Below are positions 25,003 to 34,972 of a stretch of 64,000 bases of DNA, in pieces. A program made the position numbers and the translations under genes. This stretch comes from Candidatus Zixiibacteriota bacterium (GTDB taxonomy: Bacteria > Zixibacteria > MSB-5A5 > GN15 > JACZUZ01). The stretch spans positions 5,390-69,389 of the forward strand of contig JAJRPJ010000018.1 of the NCBI GenBank assembly GCA_024280835.1, read 5' to 3'. Below the pieces are notes generated by a model. It had not been told where the DNA came from and searched no databases. It worked only from the letters and a program-made list of their open reading frames with translations. Each line of letters begins with the position of its first letter. The stretch's first letter is position 1.

Positions 25003-26580
25003 ATGAAGCATGTTATCTATTCCAAGATTGTCACAACGTTCCTTGCGGCGGTAGGCGTATTGGCCCTTACAACCTGCTCGACATCCCCCATTGGTAGAGA
25101 CACTTTCAACCCAACAGAAGTTTCCCAAGAAGGTTGGCAGTATCAGAACCCAACAACAACTGGAAGAAATCTCACTGGCGTTCAATTCGTTACAGAGACT
25201 CTGGTGTGGGCGGTTGGCGCTAGGGGTGTTGCTGTAAAGTCTATTGACGGAGGAACTACTTGGAGAAAGATTGACATTGACGTTAATCTCTCTTTAAGCG
25301 ATGTCTATTTTATTGATTCAGAAGATGGCTGGATTGTCGGAGATAATGGCACAATCATGAGGACTACTGACGGGGGTATTTCATGGCAGACACAGACCTC
25401 GGAAACAACACGCGCACTGAACTCTGTCAAATTCACAGATAGAGAGCATGGTTGCGCTGTTGGTGACGCTGGAACAATCCTAGTTACTGACAATGGGGGG
25501 CTGACTTGGAAATACACGTACAATTCATACAGCGCCTTACACTCCGTCGAATTTGCAGATTCCAAGATCGGATACGCAGTAGGCGAACGAAGTACCGTCC
25601 TGAAGACTACCAACGGGGGCCATAGCTGGGAGCGACTACCTACTGGGGTAACTGATTTTTGGGATGGCTTCTTCCGAGACATAGTCGTCACAGATAGCTT
25701 ACATGTAAGTGTTATTGGTTGGGGCAACATCCTCGTTAGAACCGATGACGGCGGGATTAGCTGGGACATTCTTAGGCCTCCAATGCCATCTCGGAGTTTT
25801 GGATTGGAGTCTTCACCTGACGGTGTTCTGTACCTCGTTGGGTGGGCTGGAGTTTGGGAGTCAAAAGATAGCGGCTCTTCTTGGTCGCTAGCTACAGCAA
25901 GACAGCAAAACCTTGACGCTCTTGCAATATCTCCAAGTGGAGCTTTGTGCGCTGTCGGAAGGAACGGTCACATATTTGTGCGAGGCGCTAATTCGAAGAC
26001 TTGGTCTAGACCAAATAGAGTTACTTTCTATGACCTATCAGACGTGTTTTTTGTTAATCGTTTTGAGGGTTGGGTTGTCGGAGCATTGGGAGAGATACTC
26101 ACAACAAGCGACAAAGGAAAAACTTGGCTCACACAAGAGAGTGGTACTGATGAGTTTCTTCACTCTGTACATTTCATAAACCGATCGCATGGCTGGTGCG
26201 CAGGGTCCAACGGAACAGTGCTGAGAACTACCAATGGTGGCCTTGTATGGTCAGAGTACCAAATCATTGGCGCTCCCAATATCGTTCAAATATTTTTTGT
26301 CGATGAGAAACGCGGCTGGGCAGTCGGCAGGTTCAAAGGAGTTTATTCAACAATAGATGGAGGGGAATCATGGACTTTGTCTGAGAGCACGCCCCAAGTG
26401 TATCTAAACTCCGTGTACTTCATCGATGAATTCCATGGGACAACGGTAGGCGGTAGTGGGGAGATTATGCGGACAACTGACGGCGGAAGAACTTGGATGT
26501 TGATTGAAAACCCCGACCCAGGCCAAAGCTTCACTAGCGTAACATTCGTCGATTCACGCCACGGTTGGATAGCAGGCTGA
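25003..26580 (+). CDS. BNR/Ycf48-like beta-propeller repeat lipoprotein, N-terminal 525 codons up to an in-frame TGA
   Basis: Signal sequence with Cys (AAVGVLALTTCS). About nine repeats of G(W)xVGxxGxIxxTxDGGxSW. Confidence 0.8.
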   Translation: MKHVIYSKIVTTFLAAVGVLALTTCSTSPIGRDTFNPTEVSQEGWQYQNPTTTGRNLTGVQFVTETLVWAVGARGVAVKSIDGGTTWRKIDIDVNLSLSDVYFIDSEDGWIVGDNGTIMRTTDGGISWQTQTSETTRALNSVKFTDREHGCAVGDAGTILVTDNGGLTWKYTYNSYSALHSVEFADSKIGYAVGERSTVLKTTNGGHSWERLPTGVTDFWDGFFRDIVVTDSLHVSVIGWGNILVRTDDGGISWDILRPPMPSRSFGLESSPDGVLYLVGWAGVWESKDSGSSWSLATARQQNLDALAISPSGALCAVGRNGHIFVRGANSKTWSRPNRVTFYDLSDVFFVNRFEGWVVGALGEILTTSDKGKTWLTQESGTDEFLHSVHFINRSHGWCAGSNGTVLRTTNGGLVWSEYQIIGAPNIVQIFFVDEKRGWAVGRFKGVYSTIDGGESWTLSESTPQVYLNSVYFIDEFHGTTVGGSGEIMRTTDGGRTWMLIENPDPGQSFTSVTFVDSRHGWIAG

Positions 26581-26625
26581 GGCAATACTGTACTAAGAAC
26601 AGAGGATGGGGGAGCATCTTGGAGT

Positions 26626-26913
26626 GTGGCCTCTGGCGCTTATGGAATCACTGGCGATTGGCCGCTCATAAGCGATATAAGTTTCACTGACTCATTGCAT
26701 GGCTGGATGGTTGTAACTCCTGGAGGTGGAGACTGGGTCTTCAAAAAGACCATTGATGGCGGTCTGACATGGACTGGAGACAGTTATGGTGTTGGCCCGC
26801 TCCATGCTATTCATTTCATTGACAACAACAATGGCTGGGCCGTGGGATGGAATGGCAATATACTTCATACTCCTGATGGTGGAACAAGCCTCGACGGAAT
26901 CAGACCTCGTTAA
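26626..26913 (+). CDS. continuation of the BNR/Ycf48-like propeller (same frame as 25003..26580)
   Basis: Both ORFs are in frame 1. The 45 nt between them translate GNTVLRTEDGGASWS, which completes the interrupted repeat. The track start here is a GTG. Confidence 0.6.
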   Translation: MASGAYGITGDWPLISDISFTDSLHGWMVVTPGGGDWVFKKTIDGGLTWTGDSYGVGPLHAIHFIDNNNGWAVGWNGNILHTPDGGTSLDGIRPR

Positions 26914-27443
26914 GTTATATTCTTCAGTAATCTCTTCATCACTGCTATCTGGCCTTTGTGATGCGCTTCATGCTCTAAAACATGATAGAGTATCCATTCA
27001 ATCGTAAAACGTTTTTTGGCGTTTGTGTCGTCACCAGGGTCGAGCGGAATTATTTCTCTTTGCAAGTCAGCATCGGTTAGTTTCGCAAGGATTGTTTTGC
27101 TTTCGGCGCGCGTCTTTTTGAGAATGTTCAAGAAGTACGGCAGGTCTTTGCCAGAAATTTGCGGAAGTTTAAACCTGAGTGCAAATGCAGGCATCCATTC
27201 TTCACCCATGGGCTTTCGTCCAATGTCTTCACCAATCCATGAGCGTTCGACACCTGCTATGTGTAGCAACAATGTCCCAATTGATTCACAGTCTTGATTC
27301 GGATACCACGCTAATTGCTGGTCAACCATTCCTGAAACATACTTTTCGATACGCTCACTGACATCATCCATCATCGTCAAATAAGCTCCGATACGAGGAG
27401 AAAATCCAGCCAGTGGTTTTACATTGTAGAGTTCTGGTCCCAT
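26910..27443 (-). CDS. DinB-family (four-helix bundle, putative metal-dependent) protein
   Basis: IGTLLLHIAGVERSW ... ILYHVLEHEAHHKGQI has the His pattern typical of the DinB/YfiT superfamily. Confidence 0.75.
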   Translation of the reverse strand: MGPELYNVKPLAGFSPRIGAYLTMMDDVSERIEKYVSGMVDQQLAWYPNQDCESIGTLLLHIAGVERSWIGEDIGRKPMGEEWMPAFALRFKLPQISGKDLPYFLNILKKTRAESKTILAKLTDADLQREIIPLDPGDDTNAKKRFTIEWILYHVLEHEAHHKGQIAVMKRLLKNIT

Positions 27444-27455
27444 ATCGCCACTTCC

Positions 27456-28208
27456 TCAAGCCTCATCACTGCCTCCATGTTTGTCTTTGAGTTCGCGTAA
27501 TTTTACTTCACCAAGTGGCTCTGCATGCTTAATACGTACACTTTCAGAAAGTTCTTTGCGGAAATCACGATTATAGCGAACATTGAACCAAGCTACAACA
27601 AGCACAGTTACCAAAGCGCCAAGTGTCGCCAGGCCCATATCTTTGTGTGCATCCCAAACATCACCTTGTGAACCCAAGAACGCCATGCCCAAGTCACCGC
27701 CAACAGTCTCTGCGGCCGCCCACTCGACAAGTTCATAGATCATAGAGAGCGACATCACCCACTCAAGCGGAAAATAATAACTCCAAGCCCCACGAGTATC
27801 AGCGACACGGGCAAAAATTTCTAGGACAGGATAGGCTAGCAACAATCCAAAAGAGAAATGCACTACTCTGTCAAAATTGTTGCGTGTGAAACCAAAGATG
27901 TCGTTGAGAGAAAACCCTAAAGTCGCTGTCCATTGTTCGTAGGGCACTTCGGCGTATGTATAATGCGAACCGATTGCATGCAGGCAAAGAAAGATGAGCA
28001 TGAGAGTATAGGAAATATTACTGAAGCGAAATTTTTTACGTGTCCAAATTAGCGCTGGTACAAAGAGAACAGGCAGAATGTTCTCAAGTATCCAGTCAGG
28101 CATATCCCATGGCTGATAGGCCCAAAGCGCCCACCAAAGGACATAGAAGATTAACAACTTCGTGCGGTATTCAATTCGTTGTCTAGACATCGCTTTTAGG
28201 ATACACAA
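27456..28208 (-). CDS. DUF2238 (YjdF-like) membrane protein
   Basis: A multi-TM protein with LHAIGSHYTYAEVPYEQW...FTRNNFDRVVHFSFGLLL, which matches my memory of the YjdF/DUF2238 core. The start may be the internal MSRQRIEY. Confidence 0.6.
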   Translation of the reverse strand: MCILKAMSRQRIEYRTKLLIFYVLWWALWAYQPWDMPDWILENILPVLFVPALIWTRKKFRFSNISYTLMLIFLCLHAIGSHYTYAEVPYEQWTATLGFSLNDIFGFTRNNFDRVVHFSFGLLLAYPVLEIFARVADTRGAWSYYFPLEWVMSLSMIYELVEWAAAETVGGDLGMAFLGSQGDVWDAHKDMGLATLGALVTVLVVAWFNVRYNRDFRKELSESVRIKHAEPLGEVKLRELKDKHGGSDEA

Positions 28209-28257
28209 TCAGAGCGCCGTGAGCAAGAATTAACGCTCTGACAAATCACCAACACAG

Positions 28258-29364
28258 CTAATACAGTTCCGCAAGTAGCGATTTATCAAATGGTTTTAGA
28301 TTTCGCCAACTCGAGTCCCGCACAGTTTTGACCCAATCTGGGTTGGCAATTAATGCTCTGCCAACCGCTATTAGATCCGCTTCACCAGATTCGAGTAATT
28401 CAAAAGCAGATGACGGGTCTGTGACCGTGTCAGCTTCTTCGCCGTAAGCTTGGTCCATTGTCAGAGTTACTGAAACTTTACCAACAGCTATCACAGGTAA
28501 ATCACAAACTCGTTTGCTCCAACCAGCCAGAGTCAAAGAGCTATCTTCATTTGGAAATCCAACATCTGTTGCCGAACGAGCGCTGACATGCAGTATGCTG
28601 GCGCCAGCCTCTTTTAAAGCGCTGGTCCAAACTTTGAGCTGGGCTGAATCGGCGAATTTTATCTCTGAGAAATCATCTACTTTCCATTGGCTGAAACGAT
28701 AAATAATCGGATAGTCAGGACCAACTGCTCTTCTAACTGCCGCCAACACTTCGCAAGGGAAACGCATGCGGTTTTCAAGTGATCCGCCATACTTATCTGT
28801 GCGCTGATTATTCACTGGACTAACAAATGAATCCAATAAGTAGCCATGAGCGCCGTGCAATTCTATAGCATCACAACCAATCTGTTTTGCCGAAAGCGCC
28901 GCATTTACAAATGCTTCAGTCACTTGCTGAAAATCGGTACTATCCATTTCTCGCACTGGTGAACGAGTTGTTCCATCAGCTCGGGGAGGAAGAGTGACCG
29001 CTGAAGGACCGATCGGGTCGGCTCCCATTCGTCCTGTATGCCATAGTTGCGGCGCAAAAGCTCCTCCCTCGTCATGCACAGCGTCGACAACACGTTTCCA
29101 AGCAGATATTTGCTCATCTGTTTCAAAACGGGGGACAGTCAATGTATCGTAGGCGTGGAGCGAATCCACGGGAGTTCCTTCACTGATAATCAGTCCAACC
29201 TCCCCAGCGGCTCTCCGTCGATAGTAAGCGACAATTTCCTTGGTCGGAATGCCATCGTCCTGAGCCATCCGCCTTGTCATCGGAGCCATGACGATACGAT
29301 TGCGCAGATGCAATGAACCAAATTGTGCGGGCTGAAAAACTTGTGTGGTTGATTTTGTTGTCAT
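28258..29364 (-). CDS. NADH:flavin oxidoreductase, Old Yellow Enzyme family
   Basis: LHLRNRIVMAPMTRRMA...QLWHTGR...ELHGAHGYLLDSFVSPVNNQRTDKYGGSLENRMRF are classic OYE motifs. Confidence 0.85.
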   Translation of the reverse strand: MTTKSTTQVFQPAQFGSLHLRNRIVMAPMTRRMAQDDGIPTKEIVAYYRRRAAGEVGLIISEGTPVDSLHAYDTLTVPRFETDEQISAWKRVVDAVHDEGGAFAPQLWHTGRMGADPIGPSAVTLPPRADGTTRSPVREMDSTDFQQVTEAFVNAALSAKQIGCDAIELHGAHGYLLDSFVSPVNNQRTDKYGGSLENRMRFPCEVLAAVRRAVGPDYPIIYRFSQWKVDDFSEIKFADSAQLKVWTSALKEAGASILHVSARSATDVGFPNEDSSLTLAGWSKRVCDLPVIAVGKVSVTLTMDQAYGEEADTVTDPSSAFELLESGEADLIAVGRALIANPDWVKTVRDSSWRNLKPFDKSLLAELY

Positions 29365-29712
29365 TGTTTCTGGACTCTGTGTTTCTGTGTGGTTATTCCG
29401 TGCAATCAGCGCTCTTATCTCAGCAAATCATGGGGCTGATTCAGGTAGAGATTATAGCACATGGGGGCGACGATGTGAACAAACTCTCAAAGTTGGCTCA
29501 CAGGTCGGTGTTATTTGGAGTTGCCAGTCCAACGAGCGATAGGACGCAGGTTGAACCCACCTAGCCACGACAACTTTTGTAGAGGAATTGCTCAAAAGTC
29601 ACCATTCACATAACGTATTGTATCACAATTAGTTACGTAAACGTCGCTTTATTCGCTTGCCAGTTAGCATTCAAGAGACTATTATTCGGACAACGGAGTC
29701 TTAAATCCGATT

Positions 29713-30147
29713 ATGGCAGACCTACTTTCAAAATCTTCGATCTACGCTCTCAGGGCCTCCCTGTATATGGCAACACTTCCGCCGGACGAATATGTGCCAG
29801 TTCACGATATAGCTGAGAGACTTAATATCTCATTTCATTTCTTGGCAAAAATTCTCCAGTCGCTTACTCATCGTGGTATTCTGAAATCATTCCGTGGGCC
29901 ACATGGCGGTGTGGCGTTGGCTCGTGACGCTGATGATATTTCTCTGGACGAACTGATTGAAGCCGTTGACGGGCCACGTAGTTTTGAAGGGTGCCTGATG
30001 GGACTGCCTGGTTGTGGCGTGGAAAAACCCTGCCCACTGCACGAGCAATGGGAGAAAACCCAAAAGGCAATTTCCAGCATCTTTACTTGTTCAACACTAG
30101 GTGAGCAAGCGCGCAGAATTAAAGAACTGGACTTGAGGCTTTACTAG
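29713..30147 (+). CDS. Rrf2-family transcriptional regulator (three-Cys cluster type)
   Basis: The N-terminal wHTH SSIYALRASLYMA...VHDIAERLNISFHFLAKILQSLTHRGILKSFRGPHGG, plus CLMGLPGCGVEKPCPLH. Divergent from the OYE gene. Confidence 0.85.
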   Translation: MADLLSKSSIYALRASLYMATLPPDEYVPVHDIAERLNISFHFLAKILQSLTHRGILKSFRGPHGGVALARDADDISLDELIEAVDGPRSFEGCLMGLPGCGVEKPCPLHEQWEKTQKAISSIFTCSTLGEQARRIKELDLRLY

Positions 30148-30195
30148 AGACAATTGTGAGCAGATAGCATTCAACTCTGAACTAGAATAATGAAC

Positions 30196-30239
30196 AAAAA
30201 GGGAGCGTCATCAATCTTTGATGACGCTCCCCTTTTTTT
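30196..30239. terminator. bidirectional rho-independent terminator between convergent Rrf2 and secF genes
   Basis: gggagcgtcatca (30201-30213) pairs with tgatgacgctccc (30219-30231). It is flanked by aaaaa on the left and ttttttt on the right. Confidence 0.75.
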
Positions 30240-30303
30240 ATACGTAATTTAATACACTTACATTTTAGACATGACCGTTGTTAGGCGTGAATGTCTTTGA
30301 AAA

Positions 30304-31230
30304 CTATTTGAAACGCTTCGGGAAACGTGACTCCCAAATTGCGATGACTGGGCTAGCTACAAACACCGAGCTATAAGTACCGATTATCACACCCAATATC
30401 AAAGCTAGTGAAAAGTCATGAAGCACTTCTCCACCAAAGAAGAAGAGCACAGTGACAACTGAAAGAGTTGTCAATGATGTAATCAATGTCCTCGAAAGAG
30501 TTTCATTAATCGACAAATCAATAGCAGGAACAAACTCTGCCTTCTTGCGGAATTTCTTTAAGTTCTCACGGATTCTATCGTAAATGACTACTGTGTCTGT
30601 TAGTGAGTAACCTGCAATAGTTAGCAGGGCTGTCACTATCAACAATGTGATTTCGATATCGAGAATATAAAAAACTCCCAAGACTGCCAATACATCATGG
30701 AAGGTCGCAATCGTTGCAGCAACACCTCCGCGGAAGTCAAAGCGAATCGCGATATAAAAGAGGATGCCGAGCACCGAAGCAATAATCGCCCAAAAGGCAT
30801 CTTTGCGCAGTGTCTCACCAACTGAAGGTCCGATAGTATGTTCGGAGTCCTTACGGAAAGTGTTGTCGGAGAACCCTTCGACGATAGCGCTCTGGAGTCG
30901 TTTCGAGGCAATGACGCCGTCGACTTTTTCAGTTTGCTTGATTCTAATCAAGAAGGTATTCCGTGTATCCCGAGATTGAAGTTGCTGTATCGTTGCGCCG
31001 CCAAAGCCAGCGCCTTCAACAACAGACCGAAGCCTATCAATCGTTACATCCTTTTCAAAAGTTCCTTGGATCATTGTTCCGCCAGTAAAATCGATTCCCA
31101 TATTGGCCTTGTTAAGCCCAACCATGACAAAGGCATAAATGCCAAGAGCAATAAAGACCGAGGAAATCGCAAAAGTAATTTTGCGAGACCCAATGAAGTC
31201 TATATCTGTTTTTCCAATTATTCTAAACAT
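30304..31230 (-). CDS. secF: protein translocase subunit SecF
   Basis: IDFIGSRKITFAISSVFIALGI...GIDFTGGT...IVIYDRIRENL is a typical SecF layout, and the gene follows secD. Confidence 0.9.
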   Translation of the reverse strand: MFRIIGKTDIDFIGSRKITFAISSVFIALGIYAFVMVGLNKANMGIDFTGGTMIQGTFEKDVTIDRLRSVVEGAGFGGATIQQLQSRDTRNTFLIRIKQTEKVDGVIASKRLQSAIVEGFSDNTFRKDSEHTIGPSVGETLRKDAFWAIIASVLGILFYIAIRFDFRGGVAATIATFHDVLAVLGVFYILDIEITLLIVTALLTIAGYSLTDTVVIYDRIRENLKKFRKKAEFVPAIDLSINETLSRTLITSLTTLSVVTVLFFFGGEVLHDFSLALILGVIIGTYSSVFVASPVIAIWESRFPKRFK

Positions 31231-31340
31231 GTTTTGTTATCCGTTTCTTAATCCTTTGAGTATGCAACTTTAACAAACGCACTCTTTAGGCGCATGTGGC
31301 TTTCTTTGTTCTGCTCTAACTCTCAGTTACCTAGAAGACG

Positions 31341-33053
31341 CTAGATGCTGAGTGTCTTGTAATTCTTGCGTAGAGCAAAGAACATTCTAGTAATGAACCA
31401 TGCTGTTATCAGAGAAATACCAACACCCAAGAACAGTGTCACTGCGAATCCTCGAACTGCTCCAGAACCAAAGATGTACAACATCGCAGCCGTTATCATT
31501 GTTGTCACATGCGAATCAACAATCGCTAGGAATGCTCTTTCGTATCCTGCATCAATTGCAGAGCGAACATTTTTTCCAGCGCGTAACTCTTCTCGAATAC
31601 GCTCAAAGATCAGAACATTGGCATCGACCGCTATACCTAATGTCAAAATAATTCCCGCAATACCCGGCATAGTCAAGGTAGCGCCTAGGCCAGCCATGAA
31701 AGCCAACAAGAAGAAAAGGTTGAACAATAGCGCAATACCAGCAATCACCCCTGAGAGTCGATAGTAGATTCCAATAAATGCGATAACAACCAATAACCCC
31801 CAAAGTGAGCTTTCGTAGCCCTTTTTAATTGAATCCGAACCTAATGTTGGTCCGATCAAGTTCTTCTCAATGATTTCAACATCGACTGGCAGTGCGCCAG
31901 CTTTTAGTACAGTCTCAAGATCTTTGGCGTCCTTTGCGCTTGCCGTACCACCGAGCGTAATCTGTCCACGTGTGCGAATACGTCCATTGATAAACGGAGC
32001 GCTTTCAACTTTGTCATCAAGAACAATTGCAAATGGTTTGTCGATATTATTGCTGGTCAAACTGGCAAACTTATTTGCCGCACGACCTGATAGTTCAAAA
32101 TTAACAACTGAACCACCTGTTTGATCACGGTTGGCGCGAATGTTTTCAAGGTCTTCACCATGAAAACGCACTTCGTCTTTGAGGAAGTAAATCTTGAATA
32201 CTTCCAAATTATTCTCGACTGCATCACGAGTTGAAAATAGGACGACTGTGCCTTTGGTAATTACTTTCTGCACTTCAGGCATTTTCAAAATGCGCTGTAT
32301 CTCTTTCTTCTCGCTTACAGGAATAGTGATTGTCGGCCAAGGAACATTCAAACGACTAACACTACTGCCATATAAGAAAGTCGAACTAAATGGTTTCTCC
32401 TCTTCAGGAGTTGTTTCATCTGCAAACGGATCAACAGTTGTATCAGCTTGGTCACCAATCAATTCTGAAAGTAATTCTTTGTTGTCTGCGGCATCAGCTT
32501 TGTCTGCGGTCTCTGAAGATTCTCCCACAGCTTCACTTGAAGCCTCGTCAGATCCTGATCTATCACGAACAGCAGCTACCACACTATCGATTCTTCTGAT
32601 AATTTGGGTAGCGGTTTCCATGGTTTCAACCATTTTGAATTCGAGACGCGCAGTTCCACCAATCAGTTTTTCTGCGCGTTCTTCATCTTTCCAGCCAGGC
32701 AAATCTACAATAATTCGATCGACACCCTGTGTTTGGATAATTGGTTCATATACTCCCTCAGGGTCAACACGGTTACGAATGATTTCTTTGACACGATTAA
32801 CAGCATCGGCGCGTTCATTCTCAGGAAGATTCTCAATTTTGGCGCGGACAACGGTATGAATCCCGCCTTGTAAATCTAAGCCAAGGCGCATAGAGCCCGC
32901 CACCAAACTTTTGTATTCATCTGGATCAGTTTGAATTAACGTCTGGCGCGCACTGTCGTCCATCGACCAGAGCATAAAAGTTTTTCTAAAAGCGATAAGA
33001 CTGATGATTATCATCAAGACAGTCACTATCACTCCCACTTTTTGCTTACCCAT
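31341..33053 (-). CDS. secD: protein translocase subunit SecD
   Basis: LGLDLQGGIHTVV...LEFKMV...PTLGSDSIKKG...IAVDANVLIFERIREEL. It contains an acidic low-complexity insert (SDEASSEAVGESSETADKADAADN). Confidence 0.9.
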   Translation of the reverse strand: MGKQKVGVIVTVLMIIISLIAFRKTFMLWSMDDSARQTLIQTDPDEYKSLVAGSMRLGLDLQGGIHTVVRAKIENLPENERADAVNRVKEIIRNRVDPEGVYEPIIQTQGVDRIIVDLPGWKDEERAEKLIGGTARLEFKMVETMETATQIIRRIDSVVAAVRDRSGSDEASSEAVGESSETADKADAADNKELLSELIGDQADTTVDPFADETTPEEEKPFSSTFLYGSSVSRLNVPWPTITIPVSEKKEIQRILKMPEVQKVITKGTVVLFSTRDAVENNLEVFKIYFLKDEVRFHGEDLENIRANRDQTGGSVVNFELSGRAANKFASLTSNNIDKPFAIVLDDKVESAPFINGRIRTRGQITLGGTASAKDAKDLETVLKAGALPVDVEIIEKNLIGPTLGSDSIKKGYESSLWGLLVVIAFIGIYYRLSGVIAGIALLFNLFFLLAFMAGLGATLTMPGIAGIILTLGIAVDANVLIFERIREELRAGKNVRSAIDAGYERAFLAIVDSHVTTMITAAMLYIFGSGAVRGFAVTLFLGVGISLITAWFITRMFFALRKNYKTLSI

Positions 33054-33313
33054 ATGGATAATTCCCTTTCTTTTGTGCCATGACGAGAATTTACTCGCAT
33101 GGCGCTAAGTCATTAGTCGTTAGTAAAAATTCTTACTTGTTCTCTTCAAGACCAATTAACTGAAACTGTTGCAAGCCACAGTTTCACCGCTAGCCTTGTA
33201 AGAGTTGTTCTATTTGTTCTTCGGAAAAAATTCGATGCTATTCAATGCACACACAGGCTCATGTGAATTTGGAGCGCTGAATTGCAGGCCGAATAGCAAG
33301 AGGATAATAATTA

Positions 33314-33835
33314 CTAGCTGACACCAGATGGTTTTTGTCCGACTAGGGTTGCGGCAAAGCGCTTGGTCGGATGTTCAGCAGTAATTGGAGTGGCGGTGAA
33401 TACGCCAGTCGCTGAATGTTGATTTTGAATATCAGCTATAGTCGATAGGTGGGAAGTTCGAATTACTTTCGTTGAATTAGAAGAGGAGATAGTTAAGCTG
33501 GCGCCAGCGCTAACTAACCAAAGAACAACTGGCGAACCGACTGGCTCATTGTGAGTCATGCCTCCGTCACTATCAAAAAGACCGTTTGGCGAGTCGACAA
33601 CAAAAGGATTATATGTCAGACGAAGAGCTACAGCTCCTCGCTGATTCTCTGATCCATTTTCAATCTGATTTCCAGTTACGGAGTCGGTTTGAGACTCTGC
33701 TACAGCGGAACTTGAACTGGAAGTTGAGACATAATATAGCGGAGAGACACCAACAGTTGCCAACGACAATATCCAGACTGCAATAATAGCAATTCGCAGT
33801 GGCGCATAGTTAGTATGTAGTTTATGGCGGAGCAT
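33314..33835 (-). CDS. hypothetical membrane-anchored/secreted protein
   Basis: An N-terminal hydrophobic anchor (LRIAIIAVWILSLATVGV) followed by an S/T-rich region. I recognise no family; coding status rests on ORF length only. Confidence 0.4.
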   Translation of the reverse strand: MLRHKLHTNYAPLRIAIIAVWILSLATVGVSPLYYVSTSSSSSAVAESQTDSVTGNQIENGSENQRGAVALRLTYNPFVVDSPNGLFDSDGGMTHNEPVGSPVVLWLVSAGASLTISSSNSTKVIRTSHLSTIADIQNQHSATGVFTATPITAEHPTKRFAATLVGQKPSGVS

Positions 33836-34063
33836 GAGTATTATTGTAGTTCAGTTGTTCAAGAATTTTCTTGTAGATGGTTTTTGCCAACTGTGGCTTT
33901 TTAGGCCGTACAGCCAATATAGAGAACGCCTTCAACCTGTCAACCAGTGACTTGAATTATCGATTTTCCCTCAAACTCGGGAACCCAGCTAAACATTGAG
34001 CAAAATGCAAGCCAGATTTTAGCCATGCACCCAGATTGTAAATGATGAATTTGACTTCTCTTG

Positions 34064-34972
34064 TTATCCGCGTAAGATCATATTGACTATGTCTTTACGG
34101 TGCAAGACACCTATCGGCTTATTGTCCGCATCGACAACAAACACACGTCTCAAATCGCTTTTTATCATAGCCGCAGCGACAGTCACAATATTGTCGGTTG
34201 GAGTCACAATTTCATGATCGACTTGAAAAATCTGCGAAATAGGGATTTTGTCAGCCTTTTTGAGCAGCTCTTCAAAGGGCTCTTCTGGTAAATCGTGATC
34301 TGGAGCAGTGGCCAGAGATTTATAATCGGGTAAAGCGGCGGTCAGCAAATCTCTGTCAGAAATCTGACCAATAAGTTTTCCCGCATCATCGACAACTGGA
34401 AGAGCCGAGAGTCGATAACGAAAGAGATCATTGGCCGCCTGTCTGAGCGATAGGGATTCAGCGATTGTAATGGGGTTGTACCTCATCAAATCCGCAACAG
34501 TAATCTCCCTATTGACCATAACTCCAGACTGCCAAATGACATCCAACATTTCATAGGGAGTGCGAGCTTCCTTGAGTTGATTGATATTCTCTTTTGAACG
34601 CGCAAAGTTTGCCAATGCTGACAAGGTCTGTAAATAGAGACGTGAAATATTTGAGGGAGTCAATAACAAGCAGACAACTTCAAGCTGGCTACCATCGTGG
34701 CACTTTTCAACCCCTCTATGTGAGACCCCCATTGCGAGATACATTTTTGAAACGGCCTCTGTACGCGCATGAGGAAAGGCAAAATTGTGCGCATAAGAAG
34801 TATCCTCTATCATTTCGCGTTCAAGAACCTTCTTCATAACTTCATCGGTGTCGATGGTTGGATCGTGATCAGATATTTTCTCCAAGAGCTGATTTATCGC
34901 CTCGACTTTTCCACAACCAGTCAAATCTGGAATCAAAAACTCTGGATTCAGAAGTGTCGCTAGGCGCATCAT
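34064..34972 (-). CDS. PTS EIIA(Ntr)-like domain fused to a CBS pair
   Basis: The N-terminal LLNPEFLIPDL...FAFPHARTEAV is PTS_EIIA_2-like with an active-site His context. The C-terminal LMRYNPITI...LSALPVVDDAGKLIGQISDRDLL and RRVFVVDADNKPIGVLHRKDIV are CBS motifs. Confidence 0.7.
   Translation of the reverse strand: MMRLATLLNPEFLIPDLTGCGKVEAINQLLEKISDHDPTIDTDEVMKKVLEREMIEDTSYAHNFAFPHARTEAVSKMYLAMGVSHRGVEKCHDGSQLEVVCLLLTPSNISRLYLQTLSALANFARSKENINQLKEARTPYEMLDVIWQSGVMVNREITVADLMRYNPITIAESLSLRQAANDLFRYRLSALPVVDDAGKLIGQISDRDLLTAALPDYKSLATAPDHDLPEEPFEELLKKADKIPISQIFQVDHEIVTPTDNIVTVAAAMIKSDLRRVFVVDADNKPIGVLHRKDIVNMILRG

Larger units (their letters stand above)
25003..26913 (+). pseudogene. BNR/Ycf48-like propeller gene interrupted by a single in-frame TGA at 26578-26580
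   Basis: Reading through gives ...SRHGWIAG*GNTVLRTEDGGASW..., with the repeat register preserved across the stop. Confidence 0.6.

Noticed and set aside
26578-26580. Stop-codon reassignment (code 4/25 for TGA, or amber recoding at 58440-58442), selenocysteine or pyrrolysine
   Set aside because: - TGA terminates vsr, cusB, the YbbR-like gene and the CBS-like gene at sensible lengths.
- TAG terminates pilV, pilW and dcm.
- I saw no SECIS-like hairpin after the TGA.
- The paralogous repeat positions are not Cys.
- No sel or pyl genes are in the window.
32194-32859. 221-aa plus-strand ORF inside secD, and similar ORFs inside secF (30838..31251)
   Set aside because: They are antisense shadows of well-conserved sec genes, with S/T/R-rich composition.
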